From Podarcis liolepis (lineage: Eukaryota), in the NCBI GenBank assembly GCA_965112155.1, contig OZ218099.1: a DNA stretch of 64,000 bases; one strand, written 5' to 3'. The position numbers were made by a program, and so were the translations under genes. Under the pieces are notes generated by a model. It saw only the letters and a list, made by a program, of their open reading frames with translations. It did no database searches and was not told the DNA's origin. How positions within the stretch are numbered: the first letter of the stretch is position 1; each line of letters starts with the position of its first letter. Positions 1 to 11,748 of this stretch are shown one piece after another.

Positions 1-170
1 GGCCCATCAGCTGTCCTCACCTAGTTTAGCTGGTCAGTTGTAGGCATTCCTGGGGTGCGGCCACTGTCACATGCTTATATCTTCTAGGAGCCATGGGTGA
101 GAGCTGAATGCAGGATGGAGACCAAATGTGGACAAACTACCCCAGAAAGGGCACATCGTGCCTCCCACCC
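1..170. mobile_element. Degraded interspersed repeat fragment, possibly the 5' region of an RTE-clade LINE
   Basis: Resembles from memory an RTE-type 5' region (GCTGTCCTCACC...CTAGGAGCCA..GGTGAGAGCTGA..GGAGACCAAA.GTGGAC). No termini or TSD are visible. Confidence 0.3.
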
Positions 171-2047
171 TATACTAATGTATGGGTAAGAGAAAGAAAT
201 TAGGTAAGTGAGTGTTTGTTCAGCTTTATGAATTTTCCAAGAACTAAAGAGCTACTTTAGAGACTTGATCATCACGAACAGATTTTTGAAAGTCCACCCA
301 GTTTCCAAAGCAGGGTTCTCTGTGGCATTCTGGACTGCAGTTAAGGAGAGAACTCCAAAACCCTCTTTAGTTGTATGGAACTATTTTCACTGCTCTTTGT
401 ATCCTGGCCATAGTGCTCACTGGGCACTTTCCACATATCAGATTAAACTACTTATCTACCATTGAGAAAACTGAGTTTCTTTGCTAGTGAACTATGTTAA
501 ATATTTTCAGAGTTGATCATCTGATATCTTGCTGAACCAGCATTGAAAAAAATCTTCAAAACAATTGTATCAACCAGCATTAAAAGAAGCTTTGTGTTAG
601 TACACAATTAAAGATTTTATATGATTAATGTCACCAAAAAGGACAACACTGATTACTCATAACCAGTATAACAAACGAGTTAATGAGAAATCCACAAATT
701 AAGCATGCAGCTGCTTTATCCGGGGAGGGGGGGTCCATTTCCAGCTTGTAATTTTTATATTGCCACAGTATGTTACATTGCTGCTAAAGAATCTCTTATT
801 TAAGTCCTTAACATAGTAGCAGACTGCTCCACAGCAACTTGTACAGGGCTTTCAGTGTGACTGCCTTGTTTTGTGGAATAGCATCCCAATACTTGTAGTT
901 TCTGAAAACAATTAAATATGTTCCCGTTTTGACAAGCATTTTCATCTGAATGGAAAGGGAGGGAGTTTTCTGCATTATGTTTATTTTTATTATTGTTAAC
1001 CAATTTAATTTTTTTATTTTATGCTTGTAAATCACACTGGCATTTATATGAAAGGTTATTAATTTAACAACAACAATACATTTTAAAGAAATATAGCATA
1101 TATAGTTCTGTGTGTGCTTCCAAACACTACTCAGAAGGAGTTGCATTTTGTAAGAAAAAGGTGGCAAAATCTAGAAGATGCTACAATAATGTCTATAGAG
1201 TTAGACCAAACTATTCCATGCTCCCAAAGAAGCCCCTGGAAGATTTGAATTGTTTTTAGTTGAATTCCTTCAAACACATAAAATACTGTATTTCAGTGTC
1301 CTGCCAATGCCAACCGTGCTCTAAGGAATGTTTTTAAAAATGACCTTCCACAGGATGACAGGTAAGCATTTATATATGGTAGAAAATAATGTAGCCTTGC
1401 TTCTCCAAGCATGTTCTGCAGCTTTTCATCTGTATTATTGAAATGTTGTTAATATAAAATACACAGGCTAAGGTAGCACAGGTAAACCAAGGTTATGACT
1501 AAGGATAGAGCTATAGAATAAAAGCATTTGCACATGTCATTTCAATGTCTTGTTTTAGTATATTTCTGAAGGGTTTCAAGTCAAATACAACTGCTTGGTC
1601 CCCCCCACCTCCACCACCCCAAAGTTAAATCTGGTTTTCATTTCCTTATTTGACCGAGTTCTCTCATAACACTCTGGCAAAGGGAAATTGTGTATGCCAT
1701 TTCTCTATTGAATTGGAGCAGGATTATTGAATTATATATACACACACACTGTATAGATTTTTCAGACTCAAAATAAAAAATAGCTCTGTAGTAACCTGTC
1801 ATTTGAGTTACAGTAAAAAAATAAAGAAATGCTGCTGTTCGGCAAAATTAAACCTGCTCAATAAGAAAAGAATAGTGAGAATGCTTAAAGCATCTGTGTC
1901 AAACACTCACCTTGCTGGAATTGCCTCACAGAATTCAACAAGGACATTACTGTATTCTCTGAAGGTAGGATCTTGACATCTACAGAGGACCTAAATTCCT
2001 GTAGTGCAGACACTTCTTCACATGAGTATAGTAAGGGCCAAGCTAGG

Positions 2048-3091
2048 TGTTAAGGGAAGTGGTGAGCACCCTTAATGTTACACAAATCCACTACTTACAG
2101 CAGCCCTGTGCACATTTCAGAGACAAAAAGCCATTTTGGCGGGTGGTTTTGGTAGGAAAATGGAGTGTTCCTGGTAGGAATCCGGATTCTATCCAACCCC
2201 ACTTGTGGTTTTTTGTTTAGAAAAGCGAGAAGAGCAGTGCACTTAAATATCATGCTTACTGTAAGTCTGCTTACCTATCTCAAGGGAAAGCAGCGTTGCA
2301 GGCTGGTCGTCGCTACCCAGAACACTCCCCTGGCAAGGATAGCACCGGCTTCCTTCAGCCAGTGGGAATCCCTATTGGGCTTCCTAACCAGCTAGGGAAC
2401 TAGATCATAGCCACCTGCTTATTTTTCCAATGGCAGGCAACTCCCGGGACGTACATTCCTCAGGGGGGCCTTTAGGCTCCACTTGGGTCTGCACCTTGAG
2501 CATTTAAAGAGGCCTGACATCCTCCAAGGCTGTTTCTTGTCAGGTCATCCACCCACTTTCTTCATGTTTTTTGCTCCTGTTTTGTTCATGAACTTGCTCT
2601 GGACAAACGTTGGTCACCGTATTTGGGGCCAGGCAGGAAATTGTCCTTCAGACCAATTGGCTCTGTCTGGGGTTTTTGCCTACCTCGATTCAATTGTCAC
2701 AACTTTGGCAGTTTAGGCTTTTGGGTTGGCCTTAGACTCGGTGAAGAGGAGGTTATAAGCCTCTGCCTGCCTCTCCAACAAAAAGGGGTATCCCGTTAAA
2801 GGAATCCGGGAGGAGGTGCTTCTGTTCAGATGCCCAGTTGGGGAATAGGGCCACAGCACTCCTCAGGGTGGGGCTCCCACAGGAAGTAATCCTACTTGAT
2901 ATATGTCATAGGTCCTCCTTGCCTCAGGAGCAACCCCCTCTGAGGGATTGCTAATGGTTTTGCCAAACCCATTGCATCTGTAATCAATAAAAGTTGTGGC
3001 CTTTTTTGACCCCAAACCTATACATTCTTGTCATGAATGAGCCAGCTCCCAGGGAAGGTGTGCAGACAGCTGAGAACCTGGACTCCTGACA
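2048..3091 (+). mobile_element. LTR-like element (probable solo LTR; 5' boundary uncertain)
   Basis: GC-richer block with a TATA-like CATTTAAAG (~2501), AATAAA (~2986) followed by GTTGTGGCC, and a CCTGACA end at 3091. No convincing TSD was found. Confidence 0.45.
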
Positions 3092-4898
3092 ACTCTGTCC
3101 CCTCTGGTTCTTGTCCTAGATTGGGAGGCAGAGGGGGTGGTAGCACCTGGGCACACATTTACTTTGGCTCTTATGGTTCCAGATTTGCTGTCTGACAACA
3201 TATGCCCCTCATCCTGAGAAATGGCTACAGATGGTTCTTAGACCCTATTTCTGTCCAATTCAGAAACTGAGAAAACGTTGGACAAATGCCGGGCTTCAAG
3301 GGCGAGGTCACAAATTAAACAATGCTGCTTCTGAATAGATTCTCTGGTCCAATACGTTTCGGACTATGTTGGTAATTCATCAGGAAATAATACACTGAGA
3401 TTACAATAAGCTTCAGAGTCACCAATCTTAGCCTTGTATGGAAACAAAACAGGTTTACCTGCTTATTCTTTGAAAATATTCCCTGATGAATAAGTGCTGG
3501 AGTTCAAAATATATTGGAAGTCAAGAGACTTACTCTGTGGTGCATTTGTAAACATCTTTCCATTCTTTTCAGAGTTAAAGGCACAATGTTGCTCTTATGT
3601 TTACATTATCTAACATTTAAAAAAATGGAGAGGTTTCAATAGTTAACAGCTAGTTAGCAGCAACTAAAATCTACCATTATAAAAGACTGGAGATATTTAA
3701 GCAGTACTGATGACTAGTTAGCAGCTGCTAATATCAACTGTTGTTTCCAACACTCAAAAAGAAAAAAATGTTCTTTTGCACTAAAACTGCTGTTTCATCT
3801 TATTTTGTTCAAGCAACTAATGCAAATGCTGTTATGCACCATTCTTGCACAGCATGGAACAGGAAATGTCCTATGATCTGGGGGTATGCATCATTTGCTG
3901 CATGCTGTGAAAGAAACCTCAAATGCTGCCCTTCATTATCTCTAATGGAATCTCAAGGTCAATGGCCAGTCATAAATGTCCACTTTAAATAAAATATTAG
4001 AAGTTCCCTGTCCAATGCCTTTTTATACTGGTTTCTAGGGAGACTAGAAAAGGGTTTAGCTCTTTTAAAAATTATCATACATTTGAGGACTGAACACAGA
4101 GATTGATTTACCTCAAATGTACATTTCATATCAGGAAAATGAATAAATTTTTGGCAGAGAATTTCCAGGGCATAACACATGCAAACATAGTGAAAAATAG
4201 CAACATTTCCTCCCCCTAAGTTAGTCTTTCAAGCCTGACTCAATCACCTATATATCGCCAGCCCTTATCTCCAGAGAAACAAAGGAAATTGCAATGGTTT
4301 GACAAGGGGACAGAATAAAGCATGGTGACAACCCACGATGGATTAAAAGGTAGATTTATTCAAGGCTTTATTAAAACCGTGCCCAAACTGGAAACCCCTA
4401 AGTAAAGCTTATGCTAACAGCATTGGGTCAGCGTAGCATAACCACTAAGTCTGAGCCATTATAGGCTACAAAGACTGGATGGCCCCAGTAGCTTTTGCTG
4501 TAGGATGACAGTTTGTCTGAAAGAAGCAACAGAGGGGCAAAGTCCTTATGCAAGAAGTTTGGAAAGATGAACCCAATTCAGCCTTGGTAACCTTCAAGGG
4601 AGCAGGAAATGGAACTCTAGACATGTAAGGTTGTGATTCCTTTAGTCCTGCCACCACTTCATCAACAGCGGGGGAACAGCTCTGCAGGGGAAGCCCCACC
4701 CGTTTGGTTTCTACCTTAGTTACATGGTAGCTAAGACTTTGCATAATAAATATTGCCTTGAGCCTTGAGATAGGAGTGTATTTTAGGTGCTTGTAAAACG
4801 GGGCAAGACTTCAGCTGAGAGTTGGTGCAGGAGAGCCGGTTTTATTCAATTGAGCATGCAAGGTATGAGCAGGGGCTGGCTGAGGGGTGGACTTGTAT

Positions 4899-5151
4899 TG
4901 GGGGTGGGGAGCAGCTCAGAGACCAGGGGTGGCTGCGGCGGCTGCCTGGAGGATTCCCAAGGAGAGGGGAGGAAAAGAGAGGAGCGGAGGCTGAGGGAAC
5001 ATTCCACATGGGAGGGTATTCTAAAAAGGGTGAGAGGCTGCCAGCGCTGCAGGCAAGGGTGACATAACTGGGTTTCTGAGCGCCACAGGGGTGCCACAAA
5101 AATAATGTTGGTCAAGGGAGCTGTGGACTCAGAAAAGACTGAAAATCTCTG
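4899..5151. mobile_element. Partial hAT (Charlie/Buster-like) non-autonomous element, same family as 41105-41593
   Basis: Aligns by eye to the right half of 41105-41593 (GCAGCTCAGAGACCAGGGG...GGCTGAGGGAACA..TCCACA...GGTGAGAGGCTGCCAG...GTTGGTCAA.GGAGCTGTGGAC), ending in a degenerate TIR. Confidence 0.75.
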
Positions 5152-5698
5152 CCATAAAACATCCTCATCCAAGGATGAAAGAGAGAGAAAAAGCTGAGAG
5201 GGATCCTGTGAATTTAAATCATCGCCTGAGCTGGAGAAAATGAAGGGAAAGCCTCTGGAGAAGAGGAGGGCCGCAAGTGGCCAGGGGAGGGTTGGCAATG
5301 TCTTTCCCTTTCCCCTAACAGATGCCTTCTGCTTGATTCAGCCTCCCTTTGTCTGGCTTCTCCTAGCATGCTGGTGTGCTGTTGCTGTCTCCAAGACTTG
5401 ATCAACATTTTTCTTCTTCTGTTTAGCCATGGAAGGCTTCTCAGGGGCAGTGGGGGCCATGAATAACTGGACCTGCTGGACTTCCATCATGCTGGTAAGG
5501 GGCTTAGACCATGCAGACTAGGGAGACAACAGATAGAATTATGTATATTAGAAGGGAAAAGGGAGCTCAGAAGACTGTGAGTAGACTCACGGGAGTGACA
5601 AATCCCGAGGCTGTGGGACTGGGAAAAATAGAGCGCCGGATTGACTGGTGAGGCCACAGACAGGGCGAAGGAGCTTCCCTTTTCCTATTCCTTTAAAG

Positions 5699-6025
5699 CA
5701 GGGGTCAGAAACGTTTTTCAGCCTTGGGCTGGTCCACCATCCCTCAGACCATGTGGTGGGCTGGATTATATATATTTTTTTGGGGGGGGAATGAACGAAT
5801 TTCTATGCCCCACAAATAACCCCAAGATGCATTTTAAATAAAAGCACACATTCTACTCATGTAAAAACAGCAGGTAAGCCCCACAAATAACGCAGAAATG
5901 CATTTTAAATAAAAGGACACATTCTACTCATGTAAAAACATGCTGATTCCCAGACCGTCCATGGGCCAGATTGAGAAGGCAATTGGGCCGCATGTGGCCT
6001 GCGGGCCTTAGGTTGCCTACCCCTG
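5699..6025. mobile_element. hAT MITE (Charlie/Buster-like)
   Basis: Ends CAGGGGTCAG...GCCTACCCCTG. 8-bp TSD CTTTAAAG/CTTTAACG (7/8). Internal ~63-bp duplication at 5807-5869 and 5878-5940. Confidence 0.9.
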
Positions 6026-6085
6026 CTTTAACGGTTATCTCTTCAAATGCTTCTTCCTCTCTTTCCTGCCTGAAAGAACAGGCAA

Positions 6086-6215
6086 NNNNNNNNNNNNNNN
6101 NNNNNNNNNNNNNNNNNNNNNNNNNNNNNNNNNNNNNNNNNNNNNNNNNNNNNNNNNNNNNNNNNNNNNNNNNNNNNNNNNNNNNNNNNNNNNNNNNNNN
6201 NNNNNNNNNNNNNNN
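6086..6215. other. Assembly gap (130 N)
   Basis: Run of N bases. Confidence 1.
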
Positions 6216-6568
6216 GAAATAACACAGGGAATCTGAGGCAATTTTTTTGTCTTTTTTCTATTTAAAAGAAAAAGGAAAGGAGACTAAGGGAAACTGCTAT
6301 CAGTGGAGCCAAGAAGATATCTGAAGAAAAAAAGTAAATATAGTGAATAAAGGTAAGTAAACATGACAGAAAAAAGGAGCAAAGCAAAGGTGAGCTGCTT
6401 GTAAGAGGAAGGAGAGAAAAACTGATCGGGAGTGAATCATATCCCTGAAGAATTTTCCTTCTGCCTTGTTATCAAGACAGAGACTAAGCCCAACCCAACA
6501 ACCCTGCAACATTCTCCTGAAATTTATCAGGGACACATTTATTCTCCCCCCTCTCACATAAGTTATCA

Positions 6569-6722
6569 CAGTGCTTTTTTCTGGGGGGACAGTGGCATAC
6601 GCATACCCCTAAATATTTTGTGAATCTTAGTTTGGCCTTATTGAGGGGTAGTATGTCAATATGAGTCGGAAAATGAGAGTTTTCTTAGGAAAAAACATTT
6701 TCTTAGGGGAAAAAAAGCACTG
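6569..6722. mobile_element. hAT MITE with CAGTGCTTTTTT TIRs
   Basis: TIR CAGTGCTTTTTT/AAAAAAGCACTG. TSD AGTTATCA/AATTATCA (7/8). Inverted relative of 15899-16034. Confidence 0.9.
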
Positions 6723-7691
6723 AATTATCATACTGGATCTGGTGCCTGGATCTGGGGCCTGACCACCTGCTGGTAAGTACTAAGATTTTCCAAATCTTCT
6801 CAGTCTTTCTTCTTGAAATTTGGTTTTATAGTGTATGGCATACAATGCTAAGGTCTTGTTTGTCTACTTTAAATGCAGCAGAGCAGGATGTTCATAAACC
6901 TGTTTACCGCCCTGCTGGAAAGACAGTGCTAACAATAACTTATGACTGCTGACTGTGATCCATGCTGTCCAGCTATATGCGTACCTCTGATCCCCCTCTG
7001 TGTCTTCTCCACGAAGCAGCCATGAAGAGCTGTCATCATGTCAATGCAATAATTTGGCTGCTGTAGGTGCAGCTGCAGAGCTAATGTTTGACAACTTCCT
7101 TTGGCAGCACAGCCCTGCTCTAAACAAGCTTATTGTTTCATCTTTTACAGAGAAGCTTTTTGCAATTCTGAGAGATCAGTCCTAGGGGACACAAGCTGAG
7201 CAACCCCTGCTGGAACTTTACAAACACACAGAAAGCTGTCAAACAATTAAACCACACCTCCACTGTCAAAGGCTCAGAGCTCTCTTTTCTTTCAAGCCTA
7301 CTGCTGAGAGAGCTGCTGCTTAACAAAGGTACTTCAGGGATCTGACAAAGCGGCAACCTTCAAGCTTTGCCTGATACAGAACAAGTGTACATTGCTAAAG
7401 GAGTTCACATGATACGCAGCACACCATAAATATTTATTTGCCATGACAACTAAACTGAACCAAGGCCAGAATCTTTATTCATACTCCAAATAAGCCACTA
7501 ATCTGAATGAACATAATAACATCAACGTGCTCCCTAGTAACTACCCAAAAGCTGCTTGCTTAAATCAGTAATAGTTCCCACCCTAAAAGTTGAGGATGAG
7601 AAGGGGTGAGCATTAAAGCTTCCACCTTATATCTAACTTCCCAAGTCCCAGGTAGGTGACCAGCTGGGAAAGCCCAGGGGATCAGATAGAC

Positions 7692-8603
7692 CAGTGTTTC
7701 CCAACCGGTGTTCCGCGGCACACGAGTGTGCCGTGAGACATCGGCTGGTGTGCCGCGAGATGCCTGGAGGGAGGCGGGCGAGTCGGGCGGCGAGAGGCGG
7801 GGCGGCAGCGGCGAGGAGAGGCCGCGCCTGCTGCTGCTGCCTGGCGCTCCTCCTCGCAGCCGGCAGCGCTGCCTGGGCGCCTCCGCGCGACTCTGCCTCG
7901 CTGGGTTTGGTCTCCCAGCAGAGACGGGTCACACGCGCCCCTCCCTCCCTCCCTCAGCCTGCGCGGAGGGAGAGCCAGAGAGAGGCATCCCTCCTGCGCG
8001 GCGGGAGAGGGAGCAGCCGGAGCGATGCCCCTTGAAATCTTTGCCCTGCCTTCTTCTGGAGCGACGGAGAGCCTCTTAAAACTCGTCCGTCCGCTTCTCT
8101 CCCTGCCAAGAGGCGTCCAGCAAGCCGGCTTTGCCAGCGGAGCCAGCCTTGGAACAGACCCATCCGTCAAGCGGGGATTGTGCGTCCTCCTGGACAGAGT
8201 GTAAGCAACCGGGTTTAATTTGGGTTACGCGGAACTCCAGCGCTCAGGGCGGGAGTTTAGGAAATCCAATCGGGTGGCGCCGCTCTTCCTTGGGACCCCA
8301 TGGGGAAACACTGGGGACATACTTCTAAGCAAACGGGTCTACACGTCTCTCTGCCCCCCCCCCCTTTAACCTTTAGCTTCAAAGCTCCGCGGATTGAACC
8401 AGCGACCTTTTGCGTGAAAAGCAGGCGCTTTGCCCCCGAGCGAGGGACTGAGGGGGGAGGGAAAAAACTTTCACTTTCGAGCGTCCCTCCCGGCGTGACG
8501 CTGCGCGCTGACGTCACGGGGCGGGGCTTTAATGGTGGTGTGCCGCGAGATTTTTTTTCAGTAAACAGGTGTGCCGTTGCCCAAAAAAGTTTGGGAAACA
8601 CTG
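7692..8603. mobile_element. Young non-autonomous hAT (Charlie/Buster-like) element with GC/CpG-rich cargo (Pack-TE-like)
   Basis: Perfect 13-bp TIR CAGTGTTTCCCAA/TTGGGAAACACTG. Perfect 8-bp TSD AGATAGAC (7684-7691, 8604-8611). Subterminal GTGTGCCG repeats at both ends. The interior is CpG-dense within AT-rich flanks. Confidence 0.95.
8246..8527. promoter_or_regulatory. Promoter-like motif cluster inside the hAT cargo (GC box, CCAAT, IRF/ISRE-like, CRE, Sp1 box)
   Basis: GGGCGGG at ~8247, CCAAT 8266-8270, ACTTTCACTTTC 8467-8478 (GAAAGTGAAAGT on minus), TGACGTCA 8509-8516, GGGGCGGGGC 8518-8527. These are motif matches only. Confidence 0.55.
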
Positions 8604-9336
8604 AGATAGACCATACCAAGCTATACCAGCCCTAGGAGGTTGCTCCACAGCAATCCATCATCCTGAGCCCATCTCTCCCTAGCTACATTCCCTTCCTCCT
8701 AACATTTACTCTTAAGTTCTACTGTATTCTGTGGGGCTTGCTTCCAGGTAAGGGTGCAAAGGTCTGCAGTCTAAATCTGTATCAAGCATATACAAAGTGT
8801 AATTTAAAAAACAAAACAACAACAACATTGCTCCATCATAACATAAGAACATAAGCATTTTCTTGATATACCAGCCTAAGGTACATTAGAGTTTGCAATA
8901 GGAATAGTGGATGCAGTCTGAATACAAAATCCTTGGTTAGCAAAGCACAGGCTACAGTAGCTATTATTTGACTACATGCTCATGATCTGTTACAAGGCAA
9001 GAGAGAGAAAGATATACCCTTCTATAATTCATTGGTAAATGTGGTAAAATGAGAAAGGGGGAGGGAGGAATGAAGAACAAAGAAAATTAGTTCATTTTAT
9101 TGCTAATCGGGGGGGAATCCTTTAGTCTTACAGCAACAGTCACATTAGTCCTGTCCCTGTCATAGACTTCCACAGGAAACTAATTATTGGCAGCAATTTC
9201 CACTTAGATCACATATAAGAAGCAGTTTGAAATTTAAAAAGAAATGGGTAGGCATCGTGAGAATGTTTGCATAAGTCTGCGAAGCCAAAATAGCTGTCAG
9301 CTCTCGTCCTACAGCACATCTCTCACAAGCCATGGC

Positions 9337-9365
9337 ACATACATACATACATACATACATACATA
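9337..9365. repeat. (ACAT)n microsatellite
   Basis: About 7 tandem units. Confidence 0.95.
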
Positions 9366-9856
9366 AAATGTATGCTAAACTACAAGGTGTAACAAAGCCA
9401 ATGGTAACAGTTCCAAAGTTGTATCACTGAACCTTTTGAAACTATTCATCACTGCATCAGATTTTATCTTTTTTTATTTCTAAGTTGGAAAAACTGTAAT
9501 TGGAATCAGTAACAAAAACAAAAGCAAAAACCATAAATCCAGTGTATTATTAATAGAGTTCATTATTAACAGCCAAACAAAATACAAACAGAGAATTTGT
9601 AAATGGATGGAAACATATGGATTACAGATCATGCTGTCTGGAACGGACACTTTGCAAAACACAGTGCAACAGATATCTATGGCAGATAAAAATGTGCATT
9701 ATTTTAAGCAGCTACAAACTACAAGCAGTTTACTGGGAAGATGCAGTATTTTATTTTTTTCTACTTTATTTTATATTGTCATGTAGGCAACCAAATTCAT
9801 CTGATGCATTGTCAGGTCAGATTGTTGAAAGCTTTCACCCAGTGGATTTGTACATA

Positions 9857-10117
9857 CAGTGGAAACTTGGGTTGTGAACGTGATCCATGCGGGAGGCACG
9901 TTTGCAACCCACAGTGTTTGCAACCTGCAGCTCTGCGTCAGTGCACGCACAGATCATGATTCAGCACTTCTGTGCGCATGCAAAGCGGGATTTAGCAGCT
10001 TTGTGCATGCGCGAGCACCGAAACCCAGAAGTAACCCGTTCTGGTACTTTCGGGTTCGGCACGGTGCGCAACCTGAAATCGCATAACCTGAAGCGTCTGT
10101 AACCCGAGGTACCACTG
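9857..10117. mobile_element. Tc1/mariner-superfamily (pogo/Tigger-like) MITE
   Basis: TA|CAGTGGAAACTTGGGTTG...AACCCGAGGTACCACTG|TA, giving an imperfect TIR and a TA TSD. Confidence 0.85.
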
Positions 10118-10119
10118 TA

Positions 10120-10154
10120 CATTCATTCATTCATTCATTCATTCATTCATTCAT
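10120..10154. repeat. (CATT)n microsatellite
   Basis: Tandem CATT units directly after the MITE. Confidence 0.95.
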
Positions 10155-10740
10155 GCATCCATACATACATAATTTAATTTGGATGCTGCTTTTCCAGAGT
10201 TTGAACCATGTTCAAGGCAGCTTACGACATGAAAAAAATGCATAACTACAACACAACATAAGCAATAAATAAAACATTTCAGAATGTCTGCAAATGATTC
10301 TCTTCTTGCTTTTGCAATCTTAATTGATTTCTTTGTATCAATTATGCTCATTGAGTGATGAAATATATATGAAGTAAAAGTGAGAAATAACACTTTCTTG
10401 GCTGAGTCAGAGAGTTTTGTGGTGTGCTTTTGTTGTTGCGATTGTTGTCCAGATCATGGCTGCTGCTGTAGGCAAATTTCCTCCCAGAACAAAAAAACCA
10501 ACAAAAGTATTTGCCTTCCCCATGACTAAAGAAAGAAAAAACAAGCACACATGACGCAATTGCCATGATATCACATCTCATATGGGAAAGCCCGTGGGGT
10601 GCTGTGGCAAGAGTGGTGGACTTGAATATGAGAAATTGAAACCCCTCCTACTGGTGCAGTAATGAAATGCTAGCACATTTGCAAACCTAAGCCGGGTCCA
10701 GTATGGTTTCAAATTGGATGAAAGACCGCATGTTGAGTTT

Positions 10741-10812
10741 TCTGCATTGCAGGAGTTGGACTAGATGACTCTCGAGGCCTTCCAACTCTACAATTCTATA
10801 ATTATATGATTC
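10741..10812 (+). mobile_element. CR1-type 3' tail fragment
   Basis: GTTGGACTAGATGAC...CCTTCCAACTCTACAATTCTAT..TATGATT, the typical CR1 3' terminus. Confidence 0.75.
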
Positions 10813-11748
10813 ATTTCCACTCAGCTGTGAAGTTCATGGGTGGCTTCCCTTAACTTTAAGCCATGTTTTGACCTTCAGTGAGGAAGACACAACTCTCATA
10901 AATAAACTGGGTGAGATCATACAATCTGAGAAATTCCATGGAAAATATCACTTCCCAGCTTTCTGCTGAGCATGGTAGAAGCCTGGAATGACAGCATTCG
11001 GGATTAATCAAGACCTCTCATCCACTCTCCCTTATCTATCATCACCAACAAAAACAGGTTTGTCTGAATTATAAAAGCAAAATAGTCTGCATTGCCCAGA
11101 ACACAGAGCGTTTCACCATAATTACTGTGGTAAGGGAAAATAGGGATACGCACTCTTATTTGGTTTCATTTTTCATTTCCAAGCTTTCATTCTGGCACAA
11201 TACTTGGGTAGCAACCTAAGTGCTTCAAAATGACACGTTGTTCTATATAATCTCAGTAATTAGTAAGGTTAAATTGACATACTTAGAGGCATCCAAAATT
11301 CCCCAAGGGAAGTGAGGTAAGTAAATACAAAGTATAATTACTGAAGTGGTCCTGTATGTACTGCTCTGGAACTTGATATTTTATTTGTGCTAACTATGCT
11401 TTTAGTAGCAAAAATGATTAAAGAGTAGAAAAATTAAATAATCTAGCAAAAGCAAACTGCTATGTAAATCATATTGAAAGTTTTTGTTTATGCCTCTATG
11501 CAACAAGCTTTGCTTTCCACACTGGTGGCAATCAGCAGATAACATTATGGACAGGCTTGTAACACAGAACGGTTTGAAACTAAAGCTTCACTTTATTCAC
11601 ACAAATACAAAAGCTACTTTATATCTCAGATTAGCCTTTGAAAAAAGCAAGGTAGGTAAGAACCTGAATCATTCCACTTATTCTCAACCTAGCATCCCTG
11701 ATTAAAGCTATTCTAGGCTAAGCCTCTAATTACGGTAACACACAATAA

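Noticed and set aside
5971-6241. ORFs spanning the N run
   Set aside because: These are artefacts of the assembly gap.
7692-8603. CpG island as the promoter of a resident host gene
   Set aside because: It is exactly delimited by TIRs and a perfect TSD, so it is a mobile insertion and not a native island.
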